Of a stretch of DNA of 64,000 nucleotides, positions 1 to 11,586 are shown piece after piece. The number at the start of each line of letters is the position of its first letter. The stretch's first letter is position 1. The notes below the pieces were generated by a model. It was given only the letters and a program-made list of their open reading frames with translations. It had not been told where the DNA came from and did no database searches. Source of the stretch: Eledone cirrhosa (taxonomy: Eukaryota). Made by a program: the position numbers and the translations under genes. The stretch covers positions 55,800,001-55,864,000 of the forward strand of contig OZ024744.1 of assembly GCA_964016885.1 (NCBI GenBank), in the 5' to 3' direction.

Positions 1-139
1 ATACTATTCGAAAATACTTGACAGCACATGAATTCGTCTGAATAAATGGAAAATATTGTAGAGAAATATTTGATAATGAAATTTTAATAAATAAAACAAC
101 TATTTCCTTTTTAAATTTCCATAATGAAAATATTTACTA

Positions 140-380
140 ACAATGTTGGCACCACAAAATACATCAAGTAGACTCTGTAAAGTGGTATTGCTGGTGCCAC
201 AATTAAAATGTATCTGGTTTACTTTGTAAAGTGGTAGTGCTGGTGCCACGCTAAAATGTATCCAGTATACTTTCTAAAGTGGTAGTGCTGGTATCGTGAT
301 AAAATGTATCCAGTACACTTTCTAAAGTGTCATTGCTAAGGTCATGGTAAAATGTATTCAGTATATTCTGTAAAGTGGTT
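140..380 (+). repeat. Degenerate ~48-bp tandem repeat (about 5 units), same module as the SINE/RTE tail repeat
   Basis: Recurring gtgctggtgccac..aaaatgtatccagtacactttgtaaagtggt. Confidence 0.75.
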
Positions 381-1394
381 GACATCCAGCCACATAAATC
401 ATGCCTAGGGGGTCATAGTGTTTGACTCATGATCATAAGGTCATAGATTAAATTCCCATATGGAGCACTGCACTGTGTTCTTGAGCAAGAAGCTTCATTT
501 CACATTGCTTGATGGGACAAAGGTCCCTATCATTAAAACACCCAAGAAACCTCATGAGATGCAACCTTGTAGAAGGCCAGCTCAACTTTTATAGGTATGA
601 GCTGTAAATTTCATTTCTTTTCATTTTTCAAATATGGAAGTAATGAACAAAATGTGGTATCTTGTCCTGTATAGTCTTAGACTATAACGACCTATGTAAC
701 CCATTCCAGTATGGAAAATGGATGCATGCAAAACGATGATGGTAATAAAATGTGCATTATTTTGATTATGTCTCTCATATCCTTCCATACCAACAATTCT
801 TGAGATCAGTGTTTGCCAGTTATGCCACAGTTTGGACAATGGAGAAAATATAATATGAACAGACTGCCACACAGTCACTAGAAATAGCTGCTAAATCTCC
901 CTAAAATAACACCTTACGGTCTTAAAAGAAAGTAAGGTACATTCGATACTGGTCCTACATACACTATGCCTGAATAAAGAAACAAATTGGTCACAACCAG
1001 AATGGATTTCATCATAAATCAGTTTGGTATGAGGAAGACTTGATGCTAATCAACAATGATAACACTATTAGCTGACTTTTCGACATGGTTAGTTGACCTG
1101 ATGGAAATAGTAATTGAATCTTCCCTAAATCATATACTGCCTCTGAAAAGAATACTGCTGTGTTATGCAGTTACTTTATTACTCAGCCATTTTCAATCAA
1201 GAACTAGACAAAGCCTCAACAACCATGTTGGTTTTAGGCCTGCCTGTTGACATAAGACAGACAGGCTTTGGAATTAGAACTCAGAATATAAAAGATATTT
1301 ACTGTAAGGAAACTTGTCTGATGCTTTAACAACATGGCTATCCACAATCCTGGGCTGGTATTTTATTCATCAACTCCAAAGTGAATACAAGCGG

Positions 1395-1680
1395 CCAAAA
1401 TGGGGTCCTTCCAAAGGGTCTTTGGAGTAACTTTACTCAATAGTGTGCGTAGCTCAGAGATCACAGCTCCTATATTACAAATATGTGGATGAAAAATAGG
1501 CAGGCAAATTTTATGGGCAAAACCAACCGGCCAGAGACCCAGGGTTAGACACCGAGCAAGATGGTTGGATAACATCCATGAGCTGGGCTGGTCTCACCAG
1601 ATCAGTTGAAGACGGTTGCTTCTGACAGGACCTGCTGGAAGGAGCACTTGAGCACAGCCCCCACAGCACTCCCTGGTGAA
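1395..1680 (+). mobile_element. 3' fragment of an RTE-clade LINE (same family as 23050-24950)
   Basis: Aligns by eye to 24585-24900 (ggatctttggagtaac..., aaaccaacc..agacccaggg..gatggttggataac). Confidence 0.65.
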
Positions 1681-1879
1681 AAGAAAGAAAAAAGAGGAGG
1701 AGAAGAAAACAAAAGAAAAAAGTAGTAGTAGTTTGTTGCTTTGGATAATGTAGTAGCAATATTGTAGTACCACATATTTAAAAAAAGACAGGATGGTCTT
1801 GGCTAGAATGCCCTTGATTATAAATCAGCTTAATCAAGATAGGTGGCCTATGTCTAAACAATAACAAAAGAAGGGATTA

Positions 1880-1933
1880 TACAAATACAACAAAAACAAC
1901 AATATTGCTTTGGTCTTGAACATGAAATTTATT
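1880..1933 (-). promoter_or_regulatory. Candidate polyadenylation site of the esterase gene
   Basis: AATAAA on the minus strand at 1933-1928, followed about 25 nt later by a GU/U-rich tract (1905-1880). Alternative AATAAA hexamers occur at about 2430 and 1990-2005. Confidence 0.4.
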
Positions 1934-2530
1934 TATCACAGAATACAGTTTCCGTATAATTCTGTTGTAGATATTATTTTTAATATATTTTATTTTAATA
2001 TTTATTTTATTTTATTTTATTTTCTGATAAAAACTTACAAGCATTTAAAAAAAAAAAAAAAAAAAAATCCTGCTTTCCTTTTCTCTTTCTTCAGGCAACT
2101 CTGTTAGTGGTGGGTTTTTTTACTTTGTGCAGTATAGAAATCATATAATATGGAATTTAAGAAAGCTTAAACAAGAATAAACAACACTATAAAGCAGTGT
2201 TTTTTTTGTTTTTTTTTTTCATATCATAAAATGAAGGGCAGTCTTAGGTGAGATAGTATCAAAAGATTTAAGGCAATTCATTCAAAAGAATTGAGAAAAA
2301 TTATTAACTGACACAAATTGATTAAGAAAAAAAAATATATGTATTGAAAAAAAATCATGTTAGTGGCAAGCAATTTCAATGAGCAAAGAATATGTAAAGA
2401 TTATATATTCTAAATATTATTTAAAAAATTTATTTTGCAAATTTAGGGAAATGAGTGGGAGTGTTGTGTGAGTGAAAGTGACCAAGAGAGAAAAATATTT
2501 TATGAATGAAACCACGAAGGTGGTTTGAGT

Positions 2531-2598
2531 TTATAACTGAGATTTGATGAAAGTCACCACTTCTTCATAAGCCTTCTGGCAAGACTTCTCAAAGATAC
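2531..2598 (-). CDS. HSL-family esterase terminal coding exon (not in ORF track)
   Basis: Acceptor ttattttcag|. Encodes (G)IFEKSCQKAYEEVVTFIKSQL then TAA, an amphipathic C-terminal helix as expected after HGF. Phase matches the preceding exon. Confidence 0.88.
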
Positions 2599-2765
2599 CT
2601 GAAAATAAACAGTGAGAATATAGTTTAATTTAACACCCTGAAGGATGCAAGGCAAAAATCTGGCCTGGCAGGAGGGATTTTAACATCAAATAATGTAACT
2701 AAATACATCTATTATAATAATAATTTATAATTTAAGCACAAAGACAACAGTTTAGAGAAAGAGCA

Positions 2766-3390
2766 AAGTTCAATATACAACACTAGTACTTCACTGGTAC
2801 TTTATTTTATCTACCACAGAGATTTTGGCAAAGTTACCACAATAAGTTCAATATACAACACTAGTACCTCACTGGTACTTTATTTTATCTACCACAGAGA
2901 TTTTGGCAAAGTTACCACAATAAGTTCAATATACAACACTAGTACCTCACTGGTACTTTATTTTATCTACCACAGAGATTTTGGCAAAGTTACCACAATA
3001 AGTTCAATATACAACCCTAGTACTTCACTGGTACTTTATTTTATCTACCACAGAGACTTTGGCAAAGTTACCACAATAAGTTCAATATACAACCCTAGTA
3101 CTTCACTGGTACTTTATTTTATCTACCACAGAGACTTTGGCAAAGTTACCACAATAAGTTCAATATACAACCCTAGTACTTCACTGGTACTTTATTTTAT
3201 CTACCACAGAGACTTTGGCAAAGTTACCACAATAAGTTCAATATACAACCCTAGTACTTCACTGGTACTTTATTTTATCTACCACAGAGACTTTGGCAAA
3301 GTTACCACAATAAGTTCAATATACAACCCTAGTACCTCACTGGTACTTTATTTTACCTACCACAGAGACTTTGGCAAAATTATCTCAATA
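2766..3390 (+). repeat. 78-bp minisatellite, 8 copies
   Basis: Unit aagttcaatatacaac(a/c)ctagtac(t/c)tcactggtactttattttatctaccacagaga(t/c)tttggcaaagttaccacaat, starting at 2766, 2844, 2922 and so on to 3312. Confidence 0.97.
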
Positions 3391-3676
3391 AAATGTACCC
3401 AGTAAATTCTGCAAAATGGTTGTTAAGAAGGGAATCCAGTTGTAGAAAGAATCTTTATCAGAAATGAGATTGTCTCAGCAGTGAATCCAAATAAGAACTA
3501 ATTCAAACCATGGCAAACTATTCAACCTGTGCCAGCATGGAAAAGAAGAGGAAGAGCTAGTAGTAGTAGTGGTGATGATCCCCCCCCCCCCCATACTGTA
3601 CACTAACAGAATCAGAGCCAATGAGGAGCTCATAAATAAATTGTGGGAATGAAAAGAGAAAAGAAAACACTATTCA

Positions 3677-3862
3677 GATGATGATGGTTGTTGTGATGAT
3701 GTTGATTGTAGAATTGGTGATGGAGATTGTTATGGTTATGGTGGTGGTAGTTACAGTAATAATGATGGTGGTGATGATGCTAACGATAATGGTGATGGTG
3801 GTCATGATGGTAGCAGTGGTGGTAGTATTGGTAATTACGATAATTATATTGATGCTGCTGCT
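3677..3862. repeat. Cryptic trinucleotide (ATG/GTG) low-complexity tract
   Basis: Degenerate gatgatggtggt run that produces the spurious poly-M/V and poly-I/T ORFs. Confidence 0.85.
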
Positions 3863-5206
3863 GATTTCCACATTGGTACAAGGCTCCAAATTGTCAGAGT
3901 ATCGTCAAGTGAAAGAGTATCTATGAAAGGTGAAGCTAGACCCAGTGGAATATGAAGTTGACAAGGGAAATAACCCATGATTATAAAGCCCTTTAACTTT
4001 GAACTTTTTAGTTTCAATGTCTGCACCAAACTAATAATCGCACAAGGGCATCAATTTTAGAGAACGGGCACATTATCATTTAATGTCTGCTTTCCCTGCT
4101 AGCTAGGGTTGAATGGGTCTACATAGACAAAGTCAGTACTGAAGTGGGGCTGTTAACATCCCAGACAGGCTGGGGGGGTCTGTATCCTACTTACATACGT
4201 CATATCAAGTGCAGAGAAGTATCTTTTGACATAACCGAAGGGTCCTTCTAACCTCTTGTTTAGCAAGATTTCTATGACTAGATGCCCTTCTTAACACCAA
4301 CTACTTTACAGCATGTACTGGGTGTAGATCAGCAGCACTAGGGAGGCTGTCATGTCCTTGACAACTAAAAGGCTGATTATAAATTGGAACACACCCTACT
4401 ATATAACTGGTACTTATTTCGCATTTTGCTGACATCTTAGATGAAGCATATTATTCTTCTGGTCTTAAAATCAAGACCTAACTTTTTTCAACATTGATAA
4501 CAGATTGGTCATTGTCTAGCCCCTTCCTTGTCAGACTTGTCCAAAATAGAGCAATGATCAAATTACTTTTTAGTTATGACCATCTCACCCTATTTTTGTT
4601 ATTTAATGTGTCCTTTAGCTCCAGCTGTGACCATCCTGTCTTTATACATAATCAGGACCACATTACCCAAAGTGTCCTTTAGCTCCAGATATGCTCTGTT
4701 CAAGCAGAACTATGTGATCAAAGACATTCCAGCTCTGACCATCATGTCCCTCCTTTTTCATGGCATGGTATGTCTTGGACTATGTTATTCAATGTATCAT
4801 TTAGCTCCAGATCTGCTCAGTTCAAACCAATCTATAAGATCAAATACTTTACAGTTGTTGCCATCATTTTAATGCTATTTTCACTGGCAAAACAGGGGTT
4901 AGCTTTGCGGGTCTCAAACATTTATATCTAGCACGGGACTTTTTTTTAGGTAATGTTTTACATTCTTCTTGGTGCCAACCTAACCCTTTTAGTGGCTTCT
5001 TATGATACATATGAATACTGAGCACTTATTTTAAACCCAATACATACACTAGTCATTAGCCTTGTGGAAGGATGCCTTTCCTGGCATGAACCCAATCCAA
5101 CACTTTTAGTTACCTCTTGACATGTAAGGATACAATATACATATTCTAAACTAGTTACATGCAGTAGGAAAATAATTATAAAGCATATGTAAAGTAAATT
5201 AATTAC

Positions 5207-5293
5207 CTGGTAAGGTGAAAAAACCATGAACAGCACCCCTGATCAGAAGTGATTTTGATTTTATACCATTCTCACGGATTTTTTTCCCATATT
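5207..5293 (-). CDS. HSL-family esterase exon with catalytic His (HGF)
   Basis: Acceptor ttattgaag| and donor G|gtaatt. 87 nt encoding (E)YGKKIRENGIKSKSLLIRGAVHGFFTLP. Phase 1 in and out. Confidence 0.93.
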
Positions 5294-5520
5294 CTTCAAT
5301 AAATAAATAAAGAAAGAACATAAAAAGACAAATTAAAATCTTAACATGAATAAACATATCTAAGGGTAAACTTAAGGTAGATATAACTTTCATATTTTAA
5401 TTAGAAACCTTAGCTATGAATAGAATAAACTGATGTTTAATAGTAGAAAGAGTTTACATTTCACATTTCATTCTATTTACAGCTAAGGTTTCTAATTAAA
5501 AAACGATAGTTATATCTACC

Positions 5521-5734
5521 TTAACACTTTAGCATTTAAACTGGCCATATCTAGTCAGAATTCTCTTCCCCCTCTCTATTCAAATTGGTTGTAACCGGCT
5601 GCTCACACTGATGTTATGGTATTATTCTCAAAACATAATATCAAAATCCCATAGATTCGATATTATATAAGATAATTGTGAGATAAAGCCTTTTATGTGA
5701 GAATTCAATGGTAATGTGAATGCTAAAAGGTTAA
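5521..5734 (+). mobile_element. ~210-bp piggyBac-type MITE with TTAA target duplication
   Basis: ttaa-cactttagcattt ... aatgctaaaagg-ttaa. Family consensus ends are TTAA-CCCTTTAGCATT...AATGCTAAAGGG-TTAA. It interrupts an older inverted repeat exactly at a TTAA. Confidence 0.8.
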
Positions 5735-6611
5735 GTTTACCTTAAATTTTCATATATACATAAATATTCATTATAAAGATATCTAAATATGTAAAACTAT
5801 ACAAAGATTTTATATAATATAAAATACTGGTGTGTTAACTGTTTTGTTTCAATGGTATAAAGTAGACAGAAGCACCTTCCTCATGGGTATCCCTGCCCCC
5901 CTCATCATCTCTAAGACTGATTTACTCAACTATTATCTATAGTGATTGACTTAGTTATTTACTGCGTTTGGGACTCTCACATTTTCAAATATCAAACACT
6001 CCCAACACTTAAATTTACGAGTTGAATATATCATCATCATCATTTAACATCTATCTTCCACGCTAGCATGGGTTTAGACGGGAATTGTCCTGCTTGAGGC
6101 AAGATTGGTCGGGTGACCGTGTCTCGCAGGTTTTCTACGGCTGGATGCCCTTCTTAACACCAACCACATTTACAGTGTGGACTGGGAGGTTTTTACCATG
6201 TTACCTACACAGCCACATTACAGCATGGATTGTGTTTTTTTTTTGTCCTGACACCTACACGACCTCATTTATTTAGGACTGTATGTTGTGGTACCAACAT
6301 AACTTTATGGAGAAAGGGTGGTGTTGGTGGGAGTGGGGGCCATGCAGCAGCCACATTACAAATATACACTTAGTTATCACTCTGGAACAAGTTTTGCGAG
6401 ACACATTCCACACATTCAAACCATATCTCATTGAGTGAGTAATTGGGAGCAAAAGGGATTATAGCGAATATTTCCTATAACCTTGTCAATATATATATAT
6501 ATATATATATATATCTATATATATATATATATAGTTGTAGGGTTGCAATTAAATGCGTCCGTGGGCAGTACGCCGTTTGAGCACTCGATGCTCGCGCAGA
6601 ACAGAGAATAT

Positions 6612-6863
6612 TATTATAGATAACGAGGAATCAGTGATGCATCAAACCACAATTTATTAACATATTACATATGTTTCTCCGACGATCAGCTTTCCATCCG
6701 ATGGAATGCTTTGAAAGCGCAACACATATCTGAGGAACTTGCAAATGCAGAGTTGGGTTCGATCTATAATAGATCCTGCCTTGAGCTGATCGATGGAGAA
6801 ATATATGTAATATGTTAATAAATTGTGCTTTGATGCATTACTGATTCCTTGTTATCTATAATA
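6612..6863. repeat. Inverted repeat, ~80-bp arms (6612-6691 / 6784-6863), MITE-like
   Basis: tattatagataacgaggaatcagtgatgcatcaaa... is the near reverse complement of ...tttgatgcattactgattccttgttatctataata. Confidence 0.92.
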
Positions 6864-7347
6864 TATATCTCATCATCATCACCATTTTACGTCCATTCTT
6901 CCACACTAGCATGAGTTAGATGACTTGTCCTGTTGTGGGCAATGTCAGGTAAGGTGACCATGTCTTGCTCATACGGGAACTGATTCTGGCTTGATTTCTA
7001 CACCTGAATGCCCTTCCTAACACCAACCTCATTTACAGTGAGTACTGGGTGCTTTTTTGTTGCGACACCTCCACGACCACTTTGCAGTGGGAGGGGGGGG
7101 GCATATTGTCTATATGTTCAGTTTTGGCTTGTACCCCTGGGAAGTCAGGTCTTTTGTATTACTGAAGACCCGACTTCCCACACATATATATATATATATA
7201 TGAGTTACAAATACAACTAGGAAATAAGTTTGGTTATTTGGAAGCCTGACAATGCATGTGAGATATGTGCCAAGGTAATAAAAATTTGAGAAAATAGAGA
7301 AAGAATGAAAAAACAAAAGAACTGAGATAAACGAGTGAGAACGATAG

Positions 7348-7717
7348 AAAGTTACCTTAGCAATTTTAATGATCCCAAATATTTTTGGATTTACCATCTA
7401 TTATCAAGGGGAGTCCGTGAAGAAGGAGGGGCAGGGGCAGAAAGACTTTAGAAATATCATGGGTGGTTGTTTGATTTAACCTGAATCAAATCAAACAGCC
7501 ATCCACAACATTTCTCAAGTTTCTCTCTGAGATCCCACCACGGACTCCCCTTGATAATAATTGTTTCTACTTTTGGCACAAGGTCAGCAATTATTCCAGT
7601 GTATTACTGGTACTTTATTTTATCTGGATTTGAACTCAGATCATAAAGGGCCCCTTGATAATAATGAATGGTAAATCCAGAAATGTTTTGGATCATTAAA
7701 ATTGCTAAGGTAACTTT
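7348..7717. repeat. Inverted repeat (~70-bp arms) whose right arm is split by a SINE fragment
   Basis: Left arm 7348-7419. Right arm 7539-7560 plus 7651-7717. ccccttgataataa is duplicated on both sides of the SINE piece. Confidence 0.88.
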
Positions 7718-8852
7718 TTGTTCACACTCTTCTGAGTTTAAATCCTGCTTCTTTCTGCCAGAAGTTACAACTAGAAGACAATATCATCAATGGAAACATT
7801 GCTTTTTTATCCCAATTTAATGATCATCACTCCCAACCCTAATGAATACAGACAAAGCTAATATATTATAACATTTAGTCAGATTACACCATAAAATAAT
7901 ATATAGAAAGGTATAGTACTATTTTTTTTTTAATCTGTAACTTCTGATGGAGTCATGAGGGTGCCATATGGACATATGTTTCTAGAGTATTTTTAAGCCT
8001 GGCAGAGTTCATCTCTCCAGGTCTGAACAGAGCACATTTCTTCCAGAAAAGGATAGAAAGTGAGAGAGAGGAAGTGAGAAAGAGATATAGAGAATAATTG
8101 AACAAGTACTAGACTGGTACTTTCTTTTTTATTGACTCGAAAAGATGAAAGGCAAAGTGGACCTCAACAGGATTTGAACTGAGAGAGCAGGGAGCCAAAA
8201 TGAATACTGCAAAGTATTTTATCTGACATTCTAACGACTGCCAATTCGCCACCAACAGTAGTATTAGAAGGCAGTAAATTGGCAGAGTCATTAGAATGTT
8301 GGATATTTGTGGTATTTGTCTTGGCTTTCATGCTCTGAGTTCAAATCTTGCCATGGTCAACTTTTGAGGCAGATAAAGAAAAAGTACCAGTCTAGTTCTG
8401 GGGTCGATTCTTCCTTTGTAACTCTTTTCACTCCCTTTCTCTTTCTCTGGAACAAATCAGCTGTGTTCAGATCCAGAAAGGTATCTGCTCTGCCAGGCTT
8501 AAAATACCCCAGACACTCTGTATGTCACAATGCTGGCCCCTACATTTCCATCAGGTGTTACAGGTTCATACATACAGAGTAGTATCGAATTGAATCATGA
8601 CTTTTGTAATGACCAAAGACATGGTTGTGTGGTTCAGGAGTTTGCTTCACAATCACTACTACTAACTAATTAACTACACTTAAACTGGAAAATTAACATT
8701 AATTCCCATCAAAGACAGTTTTCAGTGGTTGTGACAATACTATTACTGCTAATAATAATAAATAACAGTGATGTTAGATCTATCTACAGTTAAATGAAAA
8801 TCCAGGAATGTAGAACAAGTGAATCCAAAGACAAAGTGAAGGAGGGGGTGGG

Positions 8853-8857
<5 letters not shown>

Positions 8858-8924
<67 letters not shown>

Positions 8925-8929
8925 GAGAA

Positions 8930-8960
<31 letters not shown>
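8858..8960. repeat. (GA)n microsatellite 45 nt into the intron after the Asp exon
   Basis: Visible run. Explains the SLSL/RERE ORFs. Confidence 0.97.
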
Positions 8961-8961
<1 letters not shown>

Positions 8962-9005
8962 GTTGACAAGGAATCTGAAGAACAAATGGTAACAAGGAAT
9001 TTTAC

Positions 9006-9145
9006 CATGTGAATCATCTTTCAATGGATCAAATTCTGCAACAATAAACAAGGCAGGCGGGATATCTTGAAAGGATTTTTGGTAAATTGGTGATCCTCTG
9101 GCATTTGTCTTTTCTTCTTCCTTGTTCAAAAACTGGTCCAAAAAA
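9006..9145 (-). CDS. HSL-family esterase exon with catalytic Asp (EFDPL)
   Basis: Acceptor tcttcag| and donor G|gtaaaa. 140 nt encoding (F)FLDQFLNKEEEKTNARGSPIYQKSFQDIPPALFIVAEFDPLKDDSH, matching the SP...PPAL...AE.DPL.D motif. Phase 2 in, phase 1 out. Confidence 0.95.
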
Positions 9146-10809
9146 CTGAAGATAAAGAAATAGAAATATTTATCTTTTAACATCCTGTAAAGCAGAAAAT
9201 TATCAAAAAATAAGCCAATTAATTCAAGTCTTTACTAATAAACAGATTGTTGTAAAAATTTACATTATTAGAAACCAGCCCACACTGTCAATGTGGTTGG
9301 CATTAGGAAGGGCATCCAGCCGTAGAAAACCAGCCAGAAACCCTCCTATACGAGAGAGATATGGTCACCCAACCCAACTTGCCTCTAAATGCAACAAACC
9401 CGCCTAACCCATGCTAGCATGGAAGACGGATGTTAATCGATGATGATGATGATGATGATGATGAAAGACTTCAATTTCTAACATAATGCAGTTATAGTGC
9501 TGTTTTATACTATTCAAGAATGTCTTGCTAAAGCAGTTTCATTAGGTACAGGACATTAAAAGTTAATTCAAATGTTTATAGTATCTTTACTAGTGGACAG
9601 ATTGTTGTGATGCAATCATGGTGCTGCTTTGTACTTTTTCAAAAATCTCTTACTAATGCAGTTTCATGAGATACAGGAGATTATGAGCGAGTTCTTTATC
9701 AGTATACACATTAGAGAAAATTTGCAGTATCAGACTAAAGACAAATTTTTAATGTGATGCAGTCTCACGTGACACAGGATGTTAAGAGTTAATGATGGTT
9801 TCTTTTAAGTCAGCAAATCATGATTATTATTTTACATCTGCTTTTCCATAGTGTATTGGGTACATTTTACCATGGCAGCAGCACTAAATCAGTTGGTATG
9901 CCTTATACAGCTTGGAGCCAACTACTTTACAGAGTGTATTGGGTACATTTTACCATGGCAGCAGCAGTAAAGCAGTTGTCATGCCCATAATGTGACTGCA
10001 GAGTCCTCTTAAGCCTTTGGTTGGCATGCCTTATACAGCTTCGTGTGAACTACTTAACAGAGTGTACTGGGTGCATTCTATGACACCAGTACAAGAAAGG
10101 TTGTCAGGTCCTCTCCACTCAATGTTATCATACAAACGCCAACCACATTGAAGAGTGCACCTGGTGCATTTTATAATGAAACCAACACTAGAGAGGTTAT
10201 TTTGTTCCATGGAAAAAGAAAAAAAAAAACAATTTACACAGGTCTATCTAGTGATTAGGGTGTTAGCCTCCTTATTGTACCATCTTGGGTTTGATTCTTG
10301 ACTAAACAACACATTGTGTTCTTGAGTAAAACACTTTACATCACACGGCCCCAGTCCACTTAGCAGAAAATGAGTACCAGCAGCAGTAGCAGGTGGGAAT
10401 TAAACCAAAGATTTACTGACATCCTGTTTAAAAGAAGTCTTGTATTCTCAGTTGCTTTTTAACAGTTATGATGTGTTATTGTTAGTAGCGCCACGAGTGA
10501 CCAGTTCTGTAGAAATATGTGGTAAGAACATCGACAACGACTTTGGCTTGTTTTACATTGTTTATTAACAAGGTTGAGCTATGTAAAGTTGATTAGAGCA
10601 GGAATACCAAGAGTTATAAAACAAACGAATTAAGGATTTCAGAAGGCACAGTCCACTGGCTGAAGTGTTGCCATGGACAAGATAAACCCTGGCCTAATGA
10701 AACCGTGGGGTTGGGACAGACCTTAACCATTAACTCAACTAACAGTCACTGTTGGACAGGATAAGCTCAGTTATGATGAGTCTCTGGGCTTGGGAAAGAC
10801 CTTTTTTTT

Positions 10810-11025
10810 TTAACCCTTTAGCATTTAAACTAGCCATATTAAGTCAGAATTCTCTCACCTCTTTCTGTTCAAACCAGCTGTAACTAGCTGCTCATCAAAC
10901 ATTAAGGTATTGTTCTCAAAATAAATAATAATCAAAATTTCATAGATTCAATATTATGTGAGATAAAGCCTTTAGTGCAAAAATACAATAGTAAAGACAG
11001 AATAATGTGAATGTTAAAGGGTTAA
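10810..11025 (+). mobile_element. piggyBac-type MITE copy
   Basis: ttaaccctttagcattt ... aatgttaaagggttaa, same internal sequence as 5521-5734. Further copies lie at about 19425-19637 (reverse), 28547-28690 (partial) and 29411-33020 (split by CR1). Confidence 0.85.
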
Positions 11026-11586
11026 ATATATTTAAAAGCCGAGAAATGCGGAGAATTTTGATAATCCTGCCTTTACTAAAGACATTGTCAGTGTTAGAGA
11101 CTGCCTCTTCTTCTAAAACATCTGTCTCATGGAATCATATATAGACACATTATATAAGCATTTTCCATATGGTTAAGAAATTTACTCCAACCATGTGGTC
11201 ACGTGTGATCCCACTGAATGTCATCTTGCATAAATGTCTTCTATTATAGACTTACATAAATTAATAATGCATTGTGAGTTAAATTTGGCAGACAGATTCT
11301 GTGCAGAAACTTGCGTGTGCGTGTGCGCGCGCGTGCGTGCGCGCGTGCGTGTGTAAACAAATGTAGATTGCATATGCAGGCACAGGCATAGCTGTATAAT
11401 TAAAACGTTTGTGTTTCACAAACACATGGCCTTGGGTTCAATACCACTCTATAGTGACTTGGTCAAGTGTAATTTAGTATAGTCTCAGTCTGAATAATGC
11501 TGTGTGAGTGAATTTGGTTGACGGAGACTGAAAGGGCACCCAACGCCTCATTACCTCTCTTTCTCTCTGGAAATAGTATGAGGCGT

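Noticed and set aside
2766-3390. CRISPR-like regular array (also 18129-18550)
   Set aside because: The units are head-to-tail with no unique spacers, there are no cas genes and the context is a eukaryotic intron. These are minisatellites.
3674-3926. Hydrophobic M/V-rich and T/I-rich ORFs resembling membrane or mucin peptides
   Set aside because: Translation of a trinucleotide low-complexity tract.
6729-6780. Hammerhead core CTGAGGA in the spacer of the inverted repeat
   Set aside because: No GAAA box after the following stem and no compatible stems I/III.
8749-9183. 144-aa ORF as a stand-alone gene
   Set aside because: Only 9006-9145 is exon. The rest is intron and (CT)n read-through.
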